A DNA stretch of 64,000 nt from Podarcis pityusensis (lineage: Eukaryota): NCBI GenBank assembly GCA_964106645.2, contig OZ067043.1, one strand, 5' to 3'. Numbering within the stretch: position 1 is the first letter of the stretch; the number at the start of each line of letters is the position of its first letter. The notes beneath the pieces were generated by a model. The model saw only the letters and a program-made list of their open reading frames with translations. It made no database searches and was not told the origin of the DNA. This document shows, one piece after another, positions 51,001 through 64,000 of this stretch. A program made the position numbers and the translations under genes.

Positions 51001-51551
51001 GGTTCCTCCATTAATGCGCAAACTATTGCCTTGTTGTTTCTTTAACTACAATACGAATCTTGCTCTGTGATACTAGAAAACACTTTATGAATGGAGCATC
51101 TCTATCACAGTTAAGGGAGTCTTCATTGATAGATAGAATCTGCAGATCTTCTCATATGAACAAAATGAATACTTTTTATTTTTAGATAATATACATGTCT
51201 CAGCAGGCATAGTCTTGGAGGCACTGTGTGAGAAAAAGGTAGAACCCCCTTCTAAAATACCTGCCCCTCACTGTTTTTGTAAGTACTTACTAAATCTGCC
51301 CAGTTAAACAAGGACAGGTCTGTAACTGAACATTTCAACCTTAATGAGCAGTTAAATGGGAATAGCAGGGTTTTCGTTCATGCCATATACTAAGTTAGAA
51401 ACTATCTTTTTCCAAAATGATTTGTTTCCTTAAAAGTAATTTTTCATAAGCTGACAGTGTTCAAATCAGTGTTGTTTTTATAGTGAACTGGTTCATGTGT
51501 CACATCAAACTATAGTTACAATAAACAATGGCTTAATTTGAAATCCTAGAC

Positions 51552-51726
51552 CGGGGTGCCCAAACTTTTTTCAAAGAGGACCAGATTTGATGAAGTGAAC
51601 ATGCATGAGGGTTGGTGAGTTTAGGTTGTTGAGCTTTTTTTAGGATTTTACCCTAGGACATATACTGCGATGAAGGCCAGATTAAATCGACCAGCAGGCC
51701 CCCATAACAGGCTTTGGACATGCCTG
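51552..51726. mobile_element. hAT MITE
   Basis: CGGGGTGCCCAAA / TTTGGACATGCCTG; TSD TCCTAGAC/TCTTAGAC. Confidence 0.8.
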
Positions 51727-54700
51727 TCTTAGACGCTTCACTTTTCCGCTGGTCCTACTGCTGCCATACTGCTGGGAAACAAACCATTTAAAACTATGGT
51801 TTAATGTTACTTGCAAACATCGCCACTGTTTGTCCGCTATAGTGATAGCACAAAATCTTGTTAGTGTAGGTTTTTCTTGCATAGTAACATTGGCCTCAAT
51901 TTTATTTGGAGACCAAATTTCAGTTTGGTCTTTACAAGCATTATAAATTTACTTTGAATTGCATCTGAAACATGCTTAGTCTTGTAAAATGTTATATCTG
52001 GAAACAATTATGTGCTTCAATATGAACAAATCTAAAAAGATAAACATTGTAATACCTGTATTTTCTAATTTGCTGATATACCCAGAATATCATTCTATCA
52101 TAGTAAAAAACGAATACCTACATTTAGTCCTCTTGTTACATCTGTCTATAATGCATTTGTCCTTACGTTTCAATGTTTAACTCAATGTTTTTTTCTTTCA
52201 ATGCAAATTTTGAAAGATTTCAAACTTAATGAAAGTAGTGATACTAATAGTGCAATCCTGTTCATGTCCTTTCAATCCCATTAATTTCCGTGAGACTTGC
52301 TTCCAGGTATAGGATTGCTGCCATGTATAATCTGAGGCTGTGATTTTAATTGCCACTTCACTGTGACCCAATAAAGTTAACAAGCCTCCACCAAATACCT
52401 GCTTTGAGTATTATTGTAATAGAAGACAAGATATAAATATTAAATCTAACAGAAAGTGGTCATTTGAACTGCCCGTGAACAATGCTGTAAGAGCCTGGCT
52501 TAATTCCAGTTCTTTTCTCCCCTTAATTTTGGGACCATAATTATTTAAAGTATACAGAATTCTCCTGTCATGAACATGACCCTGGAGCCCATCACCATTC
52601 CTTCTTTCAGTGTTCAGACTTGCAGAATATTATGTATATAGCCAAAACAGTAGACACACACAAAACAACAACAGCACACAGGAAATATTGGGGGAACCCT
52701 GAAGTTTTTACGGGGGGGGGAGCAAGTGGGTGGGAATTAAACAGCCCCTCAAAAAAGGATGAATGATTGGAACAGTAAACAAACACTCTGCACTACAACA
52801 CCTTTTTGTTGGTCCTACTTGTTTCTTGTTAATAGTCATGTTTCTGTGTCTTCTTGACTCAGCTGATACCAAGTTATAATACAACATTCCTTCTGAAGAT
52901 TGAATGAGTTCCTTTTTTCTGCTGACAGCTGTAAGCTTTATTCGCAAATGACTGAGTCACTCATTCCTTAACCCATTTTCACTACTGTAGCCAGTTTGCT
53001 CCTACTAAATTAATTATTGGACTATTTGGTTATTTATTTAAATTTATATCCTTCTCTTTCCTGAGGACTTAGGGCAGGTAGCAATTAAAACATGCACATG
53101 TGCAGTCTTTCCTAAATTATAATTACCCTACGTTTCCTTAAGCTTAGAATGTTTTACATTCAGGTTCTGAATTTGATGGACCTCCAGGTGAAGTGAGACC
53201 TTCAATTATGAGGACAGCCACGGAACACCTCTGTGTGTCCTGGCAGTGTAAACTTGGCATGTGGATTTATACAGCCATGAAGGCCATGGTCAATTGAAAT
53301 TAATGCTTATGACAGCACAAGGAAAGGAAGTTGGTCTCAGGGATGTAGGGCTCAAGCTAAGCACTTTATAGGTTAAAAAACAGCACTTAGGCTCTCATTT
53401 GAATGACTCTTTTATTTAGATTACATTATTTGCCTTGTTTACTAAATAGATTGCATTCAGATTTCAAGAAAGTGAGTGTGGCTAATTCGTTTTCTACATT
53501 TACGAGATAAAAAACAGAGCTTCATGCTCTAGTAAGTTAGAGATTTTTTTTAAAAAAAAATCTTATTATTAACATGTCCTGCAACAAATTGGTAAGTCCT
53601 AGGCCTAAACACTGCCCCCCACCAAAGCTCTTGCTCTTTTAAGCTATGAAAATAGATCAGTAATAACACCTGGTGGTAGAAGCGCATAAGATTTGTTCCC
53701 TACTTTCAGGTTTAAAATTTGGACTACATGACGTTATCTTTGAGCAGTTTTTATGCTTTTAAAAGACAGCCTTCCTTCATATCCCCCAACTCTTCCGTGT
53801 ATTCCACAGAGGAGATATTGGATGTTCTCAGCTGTCTAATCTGTTCTGTCAGCTATGTACTTCTGTAAAAGAACAAAACTTAATATCTTTTATTTAACAG
53901 AATAACATTGACTTATGCATTTTCACTGGATAATATTTCACTTGTTTCCTCTACAATCAAATCGCCAGACAAGCCTCTTGCCAAGCTACAACAAAAATTG
54001 TTGAGAGGCCAAAAACCACAGCCAGTCTTTTAATAGCTGCATCGTATACACAAAGGAATATGCCAACAGTGAAAGCTCAAAATTGGCTCATAGCTGCTAA
54101 ATTGAAGTGAATGGAAGCTTTCCATTGGGTCCAGTGGGGCACAGCGATCTTGATTGGCTTTTGTTAGCAGCTGGAATGGGTTACAGGGCCTGCTTTCCAG
54201 AAGCTTTGAATGTCCCAGTGAGAAACAGGATTACTATTATTTGAACTTGTTTATGTGGTTGCTTAACCTGAAGAGATAGAAGCCAGTTGAATGGCAATCT
54301 TAGATTTCTTTGCAAAAACAAGAAGTCATTAGCAATATGCAAGGAAAAGAGCCTGTGTAGAATTGGGTGCTCTGTTCTCATCTCTGTTCCCTTTTTCACT
54401 GCCAACATAAGCAGGAAGCAAGAGGAATGTACCCTCTGTGTCTCCATCCCTCCAATGTTCATATGATGGAGTCTTGCTGATGGCACTTCCTTAGATCTGA
54501 AGTAACAATACAAAGATCCTTCGATCTGAAACAATACAAAGCAATCACCTTAGGTGGCAGCTCTAATTCACATATCACAAAATACCAGTGTAACAAATTG
54601 TCATCCTATCATCAGCTACTCCATGTGTTCTTGCATATTTATTTTGAAGCACTGGGTTCATTTGGAGATTATACTGGTAGGGCAGCTAGACCTCTGAATT

Positions 54701-56087
54701 CCAACAAATGAATTCACATAATTGCATGACAACTGCTTTTGTAACAGGAATAAATCCCTTTACTGTTTTGTCGAAGGCTCATTAAGTTACACAAGAATTA
54801 AATTAATACACAGCTGCTGAGCATCTCAAATTTATAAACACTAGAAGCTTCTGCTTATCTGTGAGAAAATGTATATGGCTTGGAGATGTGTAATGAATAA
54901 TAGCCTACATTTGAACTATGTGAAATAGTCTCCCACAAGCTGGATGTGCAGGGATGAAAGGTACTGTTTTCTTGCCTTACTAACCTACATCTTAATCTGT
55001 AATATTAATTTGAGAGACGACACTTGTAATTTACAGGTTAGCTTCTGTGTGTAATTCCTGGATATGAAGAATGAGCCTTTGATTAAAAGTATCATTAATA
55101 TAGTAGTGGAGCTGTGAAGTTACTTGGAATGAGAGCTAACTTTAGAGTTAGCCGAGTCAAACTGTTCTATGTCAAGGCAATTGAAGATAGCATGGCTGTC
55201 TCCCTCAACATTAATCCATTTGCATAGCTAAAATACTATTTCAAATGGCAACTTTCTAGACTGTGTTTTCTGATGTGAAGAATGGCAAAAGGTCCCAGTG
55301 GATTATAGAAGGCAATTAGGAGAAAGGATGGTCCATTGTGTAAAATAGTATCTGTGCTGAATATGAGAAGGTTGAACGGGGTCACCAGGGCCTACAGTTT
55401 TTTTCTCGTAAAGTCGAAGCAAAGATTAAGGCACTATTAAGTGAATATAGCTAATGGCTTGAAAACCTTTGTTTCTGCACTAGCTCTGCCTCGCTTCCAT
55501 ATTTAAGTTAGTTATTTTTGCTGTCATTGAAGCCTTATTCCATGATTTGCCTATCTCTAATAAGGGTAGTCCTGAAGTACAGAATGCCTAAGACTGACTG
55601 AACTGTTTAAAGACAAAACTGTAAAAAGGCTAGCATTCTTAACAAGCCAGTGTTTCATAGAAATGTATTTCTTTGTGTACCTTTCCCCCATCAGCTCCTC
55701 AGCTGAATTTTTCTTCTAGGCATATTTTGGTGAATCCAGCCATTTCTCTTCACAATCTTTTATTTTTAAAGCATCTGCATCTTTCTGGAGAATTCAGATT
55801 TCCCCCCCCCCCCATTGTCACTATGTATACCTTTTTTTGCATATTTAAAGTTCAGAGTTTCTCTTCGTTTGAAAAAAAAAAATTAGAAATATATTTAGAA
55901 AGTTTAACAATAAAAAGAAGTATATTGTACATCTGTTTTTTCCCCTGCCAAGCCTAATCTGTTTTGATTCCTAAATTATTCCACTTATATTCAATGAAGG
56001 CCAGTCAAATATGTCAGCAGAATACATCTTGAATGAGTGTGTTAACTTTAGCATTAAGCTTAATTGTAGCTTTTTCTTTTCTTTCAG

Positions 56088-56183
56088 TTCTTCGGAACTC
56101 TTTTGTCACCCTTGAGCTTCATGATGGAGAAGATTGAGCGCCTCATGCCTACTGGTCTTTGGCATCAGCTGACCCAAATCTGA
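56088..56183 (+). CDS. ST7L: ST7L terminal coding exon 15, FFGTLLSPLSFMMEKIERLMPTGLWHQLTQI*
   Basis: Strong pyrimidine tract plus CAG, phase 0, TGA at 56181-56183; closely resembles the ST7 C-terminus FLSTLFAPLNFVMEKVESILPSSLWHQLTRI. Confidence 0.9.
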   Translation, partial: FFGTLLSPLSFMMEKIERLMPTGLWHQLTQI

Positions 56184-56460
56184 GTGAACTCAGTCCTTGG
56201 GTCAGTGTTCTCAGGAACTCCACCACCAACACCCTCTCTAGCACAAAAGCATCTGCAGCTGCGGGTGTCAAGGAAGACAAACTCCGTGACTTAGTTTTGT
56301 TTTGCATCCTGTTACTGGTGCTTAAAATTGCTGTACCCCTTTTTAAGCCTTAGAGTCTATAACGATTTAAGAACACCATGTTTGGTGGGACGGGGAGGGC
56401 AAGAGTGTTGTGCTCACTTTAGCTGTACAATTTGAGATTACTGCTTTCTTTCCAGAAAGC

Positions 56461-56528
56461 AATAAATCTGATAGACTGTGTGTTGAAATTGCCTTCTGCG
56501 CGTAAATGTTTTTTTAACAAAAAATAAA
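56461..56528 (+). terminator. Candidate ST7L polyadenylation signals (AATAAA at 56461 and 56523)
   Basis: Two canonical hexamers about 280 and 340 nt after the stop, with GT-rich sequence downstream of the first. Confidence 0.55.
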
Positions 56529-58413
56529 ACCTGCAAGAGTCGTGTTGGAATCACTGGGCATTTGCTGAGGCCCACACCCAAGTAGCCCACGGACAACAGC
56601 CAGAGAATCCTAGTCCTGCTGCTCCTGCATCTTGCTGTCGCTGCTTGTTCACCTGTCCTCTCCCGAGCAAATGATAAATTACAGGAGCAGCCATTCACCT
56701 TGTCATTCTCCTATTATATTGCCCAAACTGTGCAGGTTAGGCCCAAAGCAAGAAAGCAGGTGAATGGATAGCAGCACAGAGGAGGTGGAACCACTGAGGA
56801 TTTCTGCTCATGCAACAAAATCTTCCTGCTTTCCTCCTCCTGTGTGCCCCCTAAATCTATTCTGAGGCTTCCCCCAAACCTCTGGAGCAGATTGAAGGAG
56901 GGCACAAGGTATGCACAGGGAAAGTGGGAGTTCAGTACCACAAGCAGAAATCCCTGTGCTGGTGGGACAAATTACTGGGTTCCACCCCCTGTTCTAAAAC
57001 ACCCTGAGTATATGACCTCTCAGATTGGTCACCACATTCTTGTGATACTGATTTTTAACGAGCTTACAGCTACCTTGCAGAGTACATGGATTCATGACCC
57101 ATGATGCTACCTCACCCTTCAAGATGGGGCAGGGTAGAAATTCATGATCATCACATTGCTGTGGTCACTTACATGTTCTTCAAGCCAAATTATATTCTAT
57201 TACAAACATGTCCACCCCAGCAACTGGTCCAGGTCCTCCCTCTTCTAAGGGATTAAATTAGCTGAATTGTTTTTTTCACATTTACCATTCAGTGAGTCAT
57301 AAATCAGAGCTTAACAAGTGGGCTTTGTCACTTGTGCTTTCAACTGTTTCTGGGATTGCTTAACTTTGTAGTGCTTGATGGAGACTGATACCTTGGGAGG
57401 AATTTATTCTAATTGCAGCAGACAAAATTGATGCTTGCCTTGACCTATGATCATACAGAAGCATTAACACAGCTCAGATCTGATATCCCAACCCCCTGTT
57501 CTGACTTTGTTGCAAATGGCAGCTTTGTGGGGGTAAACTGTGAAACCTAAACTTTTAAATGATGGCACTGTGACTTTGGATGGCACATGCGTTTCTCAGT
57601 TTGCAATTAGAGGCATTGTCAAAGCACACTCCTATCTATTCTCATGAGGGAACAATGCTTCAGCAAAAGATGCATAGCCCCCACAATGGAAAGAAACATG
57701 TATATCTGTCTTCAGTGAGTCCTTGCACAGAGGTTGGCTGTTGATCTTGAAGCATGAGATAGTACCACTTCCCAAATGATTTATAGATCATGGGTCCCCT
57801 GCCTGTTGAGATATTGATTTTAAATGTTGCCAACACTTATGGTCTCACCCCATTCCATATATTAATTTTGAAAGGCCGGGAACAGCTCAAAATCCGGAAG
57901 CCCATTCTCAGTTACATTTTATGCTTTCCCCCCCATTTTAGAGATACATATATTTTCAATAGAAGGCACATGGCAACCTTATCACCTACCACCCCATCTA
58001 TACTGATAATTGCATTCATATATGACAACACAGGAAAGCAAGAGATACAAATTGCTGGAACTATTCAGCTACCAGGAGGTAACTCTCTACGTTTTCTTCC
58101 AAGTGAACGTAAGCCACAGGGGCTGTTTCTCACGCTGGTATCGCTGTGATGATTAATAGACATGTTGTGCTCATGCAGTTTCACTTCACCATCCACAGGG
58201 GCCCATAAGGTAAGCGATATAATGCTTTTTAAAGTTGAACCTTTTCCAGCATATGTGTGGGGTTATAAATGAAGCACAGCCTCCCATGTATCACTCCCTA
58301 GAGCTGGTTTTTCTCACTGTCTCTTCTTTGACATGAGTGTACTAGAGTAGGATGAGCTTGTGGTGAATGTAGTCCTGGCAGCAATTCTTAGCCTATGTGG
58401 CTCCCATAAGACA

Positions 58414-58439
58414 GTGTGTGTGTGTGTGTGTGTGTGTGT
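58414..58439. repeat. (GT)13 microsatellite
   Basis: Direct reading. Confidence 0.93.
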
Positions 58440-60548
58440 TACTCTTCTGCTATCTGGTAAAACGCGTTGCCATGTTTATCCACATTGTTCTATGACATAC
58501 TCAGTTGTGCACACTGAAATGTGGAGCAACTGGCCCAGCTGAGAATGGTGCTAAAAAGCCAGAGATCATTTTAACCTGTAAGCCTTCTTTATGAATGTTC
58601 CAAAACTGCATTCCAGTGTGTGCATTCCAGTTCCAATGCAATTCTATGTGCCCTCAGGTAGCTTTTAGCTCTCAACTGCTTGATCTTACATATATTTACT
58701 TGGAATTAAACCCCAATAAGTTTGATGTGACTTGCCCCCAGTTAAGTGTGCACAGAATTGTAGCTTTTCTTCTTTCTGGAGTCTTAGTTCCTTCTACCAT
58801 TTCATGTTGCTTTGGCAATGCCTTTCAATTGCAACTTAGAAATGTATGCATAGCATTCACAGTGTGCTCCTCACTGAGAGTAGAATTGGCTTTTTTTTAA
58901 AAAGTATTTGCTTAATTTTGCAGTTCTTGCTTTTTGATATGTAAGTTTCTCCTAACCTTCACCAGTAAATTCTAGCATTTGGCAAGGTGCTTTGCCATGA
59001 TGTGTTTCAAGTGGCACATGCTACCTACATAAACACACATGCTTAAGATTTACTTCCTGGTGATGTGTGTTACTGTACAAGTGTTTACCTTGATTCTTGT
59101 TATTCTTCTGGTGAAGATGCTGAAGCTCTGAGTTGGCAATATATGTAAGGAAAAAGAGTTCCACTGTTTTGCGGGACAGCTTCTGAAAGTGCCTCTCCGC
59201 TTCACTTTGATAATCAGACTTAGCACACCATAAAGGCAAAGGCATACTTTGGGTTGACACTGGAAGTAGCTAAGAAATATAAGGGGGTAAAGCAGCCTGT
59301 AAGTATGCAGGGTTCAGAAGTTTAGGACTTGTAAGTTTAAAACAGCACCCTGTATAATGCCTGGAAGATAATAGGGAACCATGGTTAATGCCACAACACT
59401 GATGCCATTAGCTCTCAGCATCCCTATTTGAATGCCTGCCAGGTGGTTTTATCAGCGCACTCAGGGTCAAAGATACAAAAGGTTGCTAAAGGATCTAATG
59501 GGCCATGCAGCACCAACTCCCATACCGTGAAAAGCAATCGGAAAATGGGGATCAGGTTGTTCTCTGCTGGTTACTCTTAACTCATAGTATTCTTCCCTTA
59601 CCCCACTCAGTATAGTGGCCAATTCAGATAATACCAAGAATGTTCTTTCTTTTAAAATAAATTGATAACCAAATAATCCAAGCCAACTGGGCTGTTTTTT
59701 TGCAGTGTTTTCAGGCAGCCAGTCATCTCTGGATGAAGTTCCTCCATGAAAGAGCTTCATGATGCAGTTTTGCTTGAAACTAAATTCTGTTTTATTGGAT
59801 CTAATTTAAAGTTGGACAGTTTTATTTATTCTTCTCCTGCATTTAGGAATTATTGCAAAGGTGCCAAGACTTGCGGATTCGTGACTCCAAGCAAGGCTGG
59901 GTTCAGAGGTCACAGTCAAGACCATTAATAACAAGGTGCAAACGGCTGGTTTATATGTAATGTGAAGCTTTTTACTTATTTCATTTATGCACTTCGGGGG
60001 CTCTGTTTGCTTACGGAGCACTTGGTGTCTGGTACTTATTTAGGAGATTGGGTTCATACAGGCCTTTGAAGGAATGCAGCAAATTGTTCTCTAGTGTTGT
60101 AATTCTGCGGTGGTAGCTGAACTTATTTGTCTCTGCTTATTACATATGTGCTGAGCCTGAAGGTTATTCTTCACTTAAGAAGCAATTGTTGAATCCACAG
60201 AATTGCAAGCTGGAAGGGGTGTTTTACATGTCCGCCTTTCATATGGAGGATAGCAGGTCTTTAGCTGGGAAGCCTGAAGAACTCAAATTAGTAGAGTGCC
60301 CTCCAGTGATGAGATATTTACATGGTTCTCATGACTATCAATAAACATTACTCATCATTTCAAGGATGGGATAGAATCAAGGAGTTGTAGACTGTGATTT
60401 GCTGATAGAAAAAGAATTGTAACCACTGTGTTCACAGAGCTTCATTGTATGCTGTACATACAGTGGAGTACAGGGGTGAACATCAGGTTTGCATGTTCCC
60501 ACTGCAGGTAAGCTGTAAGTTTCCTGAAGCATCATCTATCAGGTAGAA

Positions 60549-60790
60549 CAGTGGTACCTCTGCTTACGAACACTTCTGGTTACGAATGCTTCAGGTTACA
60601 AGCTCCGCTAACCCAGAAGTAGCTGCTCCTGGTTGCGAACTTTGCCCCCGGATGCGAACAGAAATTGCGCGATGGAGGCGCATGTGCAGCGGGAGGCCCC
60701 ATTAGCGAAAGCGCGCCTCAGAATAAGAACGGTTTCAGCTTAAGAACAGACCTCTGGAACGAATTAAGTTTGTAACCAGAGGTACCACTG
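60549..60790. mobile_element. Tc1/mariner MITE
   Basis: CAGTGGTACCTCTGCTTAC ... GTAACCAGAGGTACCACTG-TA; shares GCGGGAGGCCCCATTAGC with the 21216 copy. Confidence 0.87.
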
Positions 60791-62365
60791 TACACATAAT
60801 ATGACAACAGTATTCCAGCGGGTCCTGCATTGTAGGTTCTACATGGAGTGAGAGTCTTGGGCGTGTGCTCAGTGGGCCTTGCATCAATGTTGGTAGGTGA
60901 TCAATTTGGAAATCTCACATCCTCCACTGCACCAGAGGGCATCAGGCTAACTTGGAAGAACAGAGCCATATGGCAAATACAGCTCTGTCCTCCAAACACC
61001 TTGCTTTCACTTCCTGCTCCCCACGCCTGTCACCTGAAGCCGCTGCCTCAGTCTGCATAATAGTGGGACTAGGCCTGCTGCTTTACTCATTTTCTCAAAG
61101 TAGCACCAAAACTCAGCTTGCCTCAAGAAAGCACCTTGGAAGAATTCAGCTGCTGGCAATTTCTCAACACAGGCAGCAGTGGCCCTGGTGTAAATTGTCC
61201 ATTGCATCAAACCTGAATTAAAGGGATGAAATAGTTTTCTCATACTCTGCTCTCTTTTTCAAAAATTTCCACCACCTTGCCCAGCACTACTTCAAGAAAG
61301 AAGCAAGCTAACATTAATTTACCTCACAAAGACCCACTGATGGGAGTTGTCGTTCAAAGATTCTGGAGGACACTCTCCCACTTACATTCTTCTGTGGGAC
61401 TTGCCAGTCACACTAGGAATTGTACTGTGCTGCCCTTTGAAAAATAGTCGATACCAATACTGTACTCTCTTGCATTTCTTTGTGAGAATGCAAAAGGTTT
61501 CTCACACAGAGGCCTCATGGATATTTCTGCGTGTAATAGTATCCTCATGCATTTGCCAGCACCAGCCAATGTGTCCAAATTGAAATTCCTGAATCTGTAG
61601 ACTCTGCTTATGCAAACTGTTTTCTCTCATAGGCTATTTATAAATGAATACAAGTTAACTGCATAAAAAATAATAATCATGCTAGCTTACCTGAAGCTAT
61701 TGCTGATTAACAAATTAAGTACTGGTTTACTGTCTACAGGTTTGATGTCTGCATTGACTGTTCCCCCCACCGCCTTTCAGTCTTGCTGCAGCCAACTGGG
61801 GGACTGTCGCATTTCCCTGCCTTGAATCATCAGCCAAGATTTTAAGACAACAATTCCATCCCCCTCTTTCCACAGCAGTCACCGCCCCTGGCTGCTGCTG
61901 GTTAGGTCAGTCTGGCCTGTCTCCTGTGCAGTAATAATGCACTTGAAGCCTGTGTCTAAAAAATCCTCTCCCACACAGGTCGTGGCAGGTTAGACAAATA
62001 TTAGTTCAAATGTCCCATAAATTGTCCCCAAGGGGCTGGACCAGCAGCCATCCCTTTTCATTGCACAGATCTAACCCCCCTCAAGGGGAAAATTAGCAAC
62101 TATTAGCATGTGTGAAGCAGAATTCCTGCTGTGGGTGGAAAGCTGTTAAGAAATGCTTAAGAGAGCGGGCTGTTAATATGTACATCGCATTGATGTGGTG
62201 ATTTAGTAGTAGCAACCCTCACAAAGGCAGAGACTTATTTTAGTGACTTTTTAAAATTATTATTTGAACAAGGACCCAAGGGCTTATGTGCACATTCCAG
62301 TAGCAATGGACACATGTTAAGAAAATTCCAGTAGGATTGTTTTATTTTTACTCAGAGGTTCCCTC

Positions 62366-62368
<3 letters not shown>

Positions 62369-62405
<37 letters not shown>
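62369..62405. repeat. (AC)18 microsatellite
   Basis: Direct reading. Confidence 0.93.
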
Positions 62406-62409
<4 letters not shown>

Positions 62410-63119
62410 CACCGTCTCCCTCTAATAGTGACTAAATCAGAGAGTGAATGCCAACAGGATTGTAGCTAAAACAGGCACACTGAAAAAGAAAAGGGAGGTA
62501 GCAAAGTGATTGGTAAAGCCCTAGGGTTTGCAGAAATAAATAAAAAAAACGGGGGTGGGCAAAGATGGCACCCTCCAAAAAAAAGTCTAGCCCAATAATG
62601 ACAGAGCTTATAAGTGGCCATGGAATGCTGACTGGAGTGGGGAGGCAAGAATTGGCAAATGGAATGGAGATTCCTAGAAGGCTTGGCTGGCCAGAGCCAT
62701 GGACAAGAGCCCTCCATGCTGCAACTTTTTTGTAGTTTCTACTTCTGACTGTTCCTCAAACACTATATGTTGACAGCTCACTAATTCCCCAGTTGAATGG
62801 TTGTAAACAGTTAAATGGACTGCATGATGCCAAAGGCACTAAATAACTTCCTGTTTTAAAATTAAAAAAGGATGGCAGTTTGTCATTGCTATAGTAAATT
62901 ACTACGAGAAATAAAAATTAGCAGCATCAAATGTTCTTAACGTGGATTTTATTCCCCTCCTCCTTTTGTAATTTTAATCTTGAATATATCCAGGTGTGAG
63001 CCTTTAAACTTTGCTGAGAATTTCTCATCCCTCTCTTCCATTTGATCCTGTACTTCTGCAAACAGTCTAGCACAGAGAATTTTTGTAGGTTAAACTTTTT
63101 TGCTGGCACAGATTAAACA

Positions 63120-63255
63120 GGCAGGTAATTCCTTCAACCGTTCCTCAGAAGGCTTGGATTCCAGACTGTTGATCATCTCAGTCATGCTCCTCTGCACACG
63201 CTCCAGCTTGCCAATCTACTTCTTAAATGGTGGTGTCCAGAACTGGACACAGCAA
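63120..63255 (-). mobile_element. CR1 LINE ORF2 fragment
   Basis: Minus strand reads [41 protein letters not shown]. Confidence 0.82.
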
Positions 63256-64000
63256 AAGTACAACAGGAATGAAGGACACACCAATGCTTTTGCAAGGAGC
63301 ATAATCTAATATCCTTATCCAGCAAGGAAGATATCCAGCAACATAAATTGCTAATGCAGATATAGACTAATGAAATAATCCCCATCTTCATCATACTGTT
63401 CATCTGAGACTTAATGAGCTGGTCTGATGAATCATTGGATACATATTTACATGTTTGTCTACCACTGGACTCAACAGTTGTTTATGAGACTAGCTGCCCA
63501 TGACAACAGTGGGATTGGAGCCATAATTTATGTTTAGGTTTACTATGCAGAAAATCAAATCAATAAGCTTTTCCTAGCATGCAGAGAAGCAACAGTGAGG
63601 AAAACTTCTGCTTCTAATTCAGCGTCTTTTTTGTCTGTCAGGCCCTGTGCTTTAAACAGCTTCACATGTTTATAAAGAAGCTGGCAACTTTATCAAAAGG
63701 TGCCCATGCTGTGGCCCACGTTTGGCTTCACTCATCTTCTGCTCTGAAAGACTGCATCTGCATCTTCCTGACTTGTATCCCACACGTTCTGTTTCAGATG
63801 GAATTGGTGTAATTCACTGCAACTGTTCCATCCCAGTTCTCTGTGATCCATTCTTAAACCAATTAATTCTCCCGCTAGCCTTCTATATCATACATGGCAG
63901 ATTTAAAGATTATTAGAACATGATCTTCTGTGGAGATTCTTCTAGACACAATACACATCACTTAGGAAGGGTTTGTGAGTGGAACAGAATCCTTGACAAG

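Noticed and set aside
53164-53196. Possible alternative ST7L last exon (VLNLMDLQVK*)
   Set aside because: It lies within what looks like a decayed L2 remnant; the resemblance to the human VLGL.. start is two or three residues only.
53810-53839. Possible alternative ST7L last exon (CAG/RRYWMFSAV*)
   Set aside because: The acceptor is plausible, but there are only 9 codons and no similarity to the other known ST7 terminal exon.

Overview
Vertebrate genomic DNA from a squamate, most likely a lacertid lizard (inferred from Sauria SINEs, BovB, Penelope, squamate-type CR1/L2 and many hAT and Tc1/mariner MITEs). Two genes share a CpG-island bidirectional promoter at about 15.1-16.7 kb. CAPZA1 lies on the minus strand: exons 1-9 are present (15222 down to 1258) and the last exon lies left of the window. 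ST7L lies on the plus strand and is complete, with 15 coding exons from 16246 to 56183 (1731 nt, 576 aa plus stop, all GT-AG and phase-consistent). The introns are rich in transposon relics, several of them nested and with readable target-site duplications (TSDs). The most interesting unexplained signal is a ~1 kb antisense segment in ST7L intron 11 (about 37.8-38.76 kb). Its frameshifted translation shows collinear similarity to bornavirus nucleoprotein, making it a candidate EBLN endogenous viral element. A weaker second candidate is an open frame at the left window edge resembling the filovirus VP35 coiled-coil. Both are by-eye alignments to recalled sequences and need database confirmation. 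Most ORFs in the supplied track are chance intronic ORFs.
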